A stretch of DNA of 64,000 nucleotides from NCBI GenBank assembly GCA_040220855.1, contig JAVJVZ010000077.1, forward strand, positions 766-64,765, written 5' to 3'. The notes below the pieces were generated by a model. That model was not told where the DNA came from. It worked only from the letters and a program-made list of their open reading frames with translations, and searched no databases. Of the stretch, positions 63,099-64,000 are shown piece after piece; position 1 is the stretch's first letter, and every line of letters begins with the position of its first letter. Made by a program: the position numbers and the translations under genes. This DNA is from Gammaproteobacteria bacterium (GTDB lineage Bacteria; Pseudomonadota; Gammaproteobacteria; Ga0077536).

Positions 63099-63959
63099 TC
63101 AAGGCACCTCGTCCTCGACCTCGTTGACGAGCACGCCGACGCCGGGCACCTCCACTTCGACGACGTCGCCGGCATGCAGGTAGCGCGGCGGGTCGAAACG
63201 TGCGCCGGCCCCGTTCGGCGTACCGGTCGCGATGATGTCGCCGGGCTGCAGGCGGTAGAAGGTCGACAGGTAGTGGACCAGGTAGCGGAACGGGAACAGC
63301 AGATTGTCGGTGGTGTCGTTCTGCCGCTCCTCGCCGTTGACCCGCGTGATCACCTGCAGACGGCCGCAGGGGTCCAGCTCGTCTGGCGTCACCAGCCACG
63401 GCCCGAGCGCGCCGGAACGCTCGAAGTTCTTGCCCTGGGTGACATTGAACTTGGCGTGGCGCAACCAGTCGCGCACCGAGCCCTCGTTCATGATGCTGAC
63501 GCCGGCGATGTACTCGTGCGCGGCCGCGGCCTCGATGCGCCGCCCTTCGCGGCCGACGACGAGCGCGATCTCGCCTTCGTAATCGAGCTGCTCGGATTCG
63601 GGTGGACGCAGCAGCGGCGCGCGATGTCCGGTCAGCGATTCGCGCGCGCGCATGAACACACTGGGATAGGCGGGCGGTGCAGAGCCATCCTTGTACTCGG
63701 CGTTGCGGTCGGCATAGTTGACGCCGATGCAGATGATCTTCTGCGGATTCGGAATGGTCGGCAGGAGCACCAGATCGTCGAGCGCGCAATCGGGGAAGAT
63801 CGTGCGCGCGCGGTCGGCGAGCTCGGCAAGGCGTGCGCGGGCGATCGCGGTACGCAGGTCGGGTAGTTCCGGGTAGCGTGCGCTCAAGTCGACCACGCCG
63901 CCTTCCACCATGGCTCCGAAACCGGTCTGCCCATTGCGACTGAAACTCAGGAATCTCAT
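63099..63959 (-). CDS. Fumarylacetoacetate hydrolase (FAH) family enzyme (HpaG-like isomerase/decarboxylase candidate)
   Basis: ...KIICIGVNYADRNAEY...LDYEGEIALVVGREGRRIE...ATGTPNGAG.... 286 aa. Confidence 0.8.
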   Translation of the reverse strand: MRFLSFSRNGQTGFGAMVEGGVVDLSARYPELPDLRTAIARARLAELADRARTIFPDCALDDLVLLPTIPNPQKIICIGVNYADRNAEYKDGSAPPAYPSVFMRARESLTGHRAPLLRPPESEQLDYEGEIALVVGREGRRIEAAAAHEYIAGVSIMNEGSVRDWLRHAKFNVTQGKNFERSGALGPWLVTPDELDPCGRLQVITRVNGEERQNDTTDNLLFPFRYLVHYLSTFYRLQPGDIIATGTPNGAGARFDPPRYLHAGDVVEVEVPGVGVLVNEVEDEVP

Positions 63960-64000
63960 TGACGGCTCCCCACCCGTGGTATGCAGCGTGCGCCTGGTTT

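Overview
This window is a high-GC (roughly 70%) proteobacterial chromosomal segment from an anoxygenic phototroph. Positions 1-21 kb hold a compact photosynthesis gene cluster. On the minus strand it runs bchI (partial), puhE, acsF, puhC, puhB, puhA, lhaA, bchM, bchL, bchH, bchB, bchN, bchF. The regulators ppaA/aerR and ppsR and the genes bchG, a pucC-like MFS gene and bchP follow divergently on the plus strand. PpsR-type TGT-N12-ACA operators can be read directly upstream of bchG, and degenerate versions sit in the bchF/ppaA divergent promoter. Downstream lies a mosaic accessory region. It contains: a DUF4212 gene paired with a Na+/solute symporter; an Rrf2 regulator with a palindromic operator; an NDH-2-like oxidoreductase; an orphan DUF1302 outer-membrane barrel next to a TetR with a clear operator; and a Che2/F7-like chemotaxis operon (mcp, cheY, STAS, cheA, mcp, cheW, cheR, cheD, cheB). 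After the che operon come two tandem small secreted paralogs and a CdsA-like / EEP phosphatase / CDP-alcohol phosphatidyltransferase trio. These are followed by an aminotransferase, carbamate kinase and a convergent COG2403-like P-loop gene, then hpaR-hpaB, a DUF2341-ExbB/ExbD/TonB-like module, two LysR regulators, a DabB-DabA (DAB) inorganic-carbon operon coupled to a tandem-Usp gene and a Cys-rich ORF, and finally a second HpaR-like MarR and an FAH-family hydrolase. No tRNA, rRNA, CRISPR array or transposase was recognised. Many long ORFs in the supplied track are antisense or alternate-frame artefacts of the high GC content. Gene calls rest on recognisable protein motifs read from the translations and are not database-verified.
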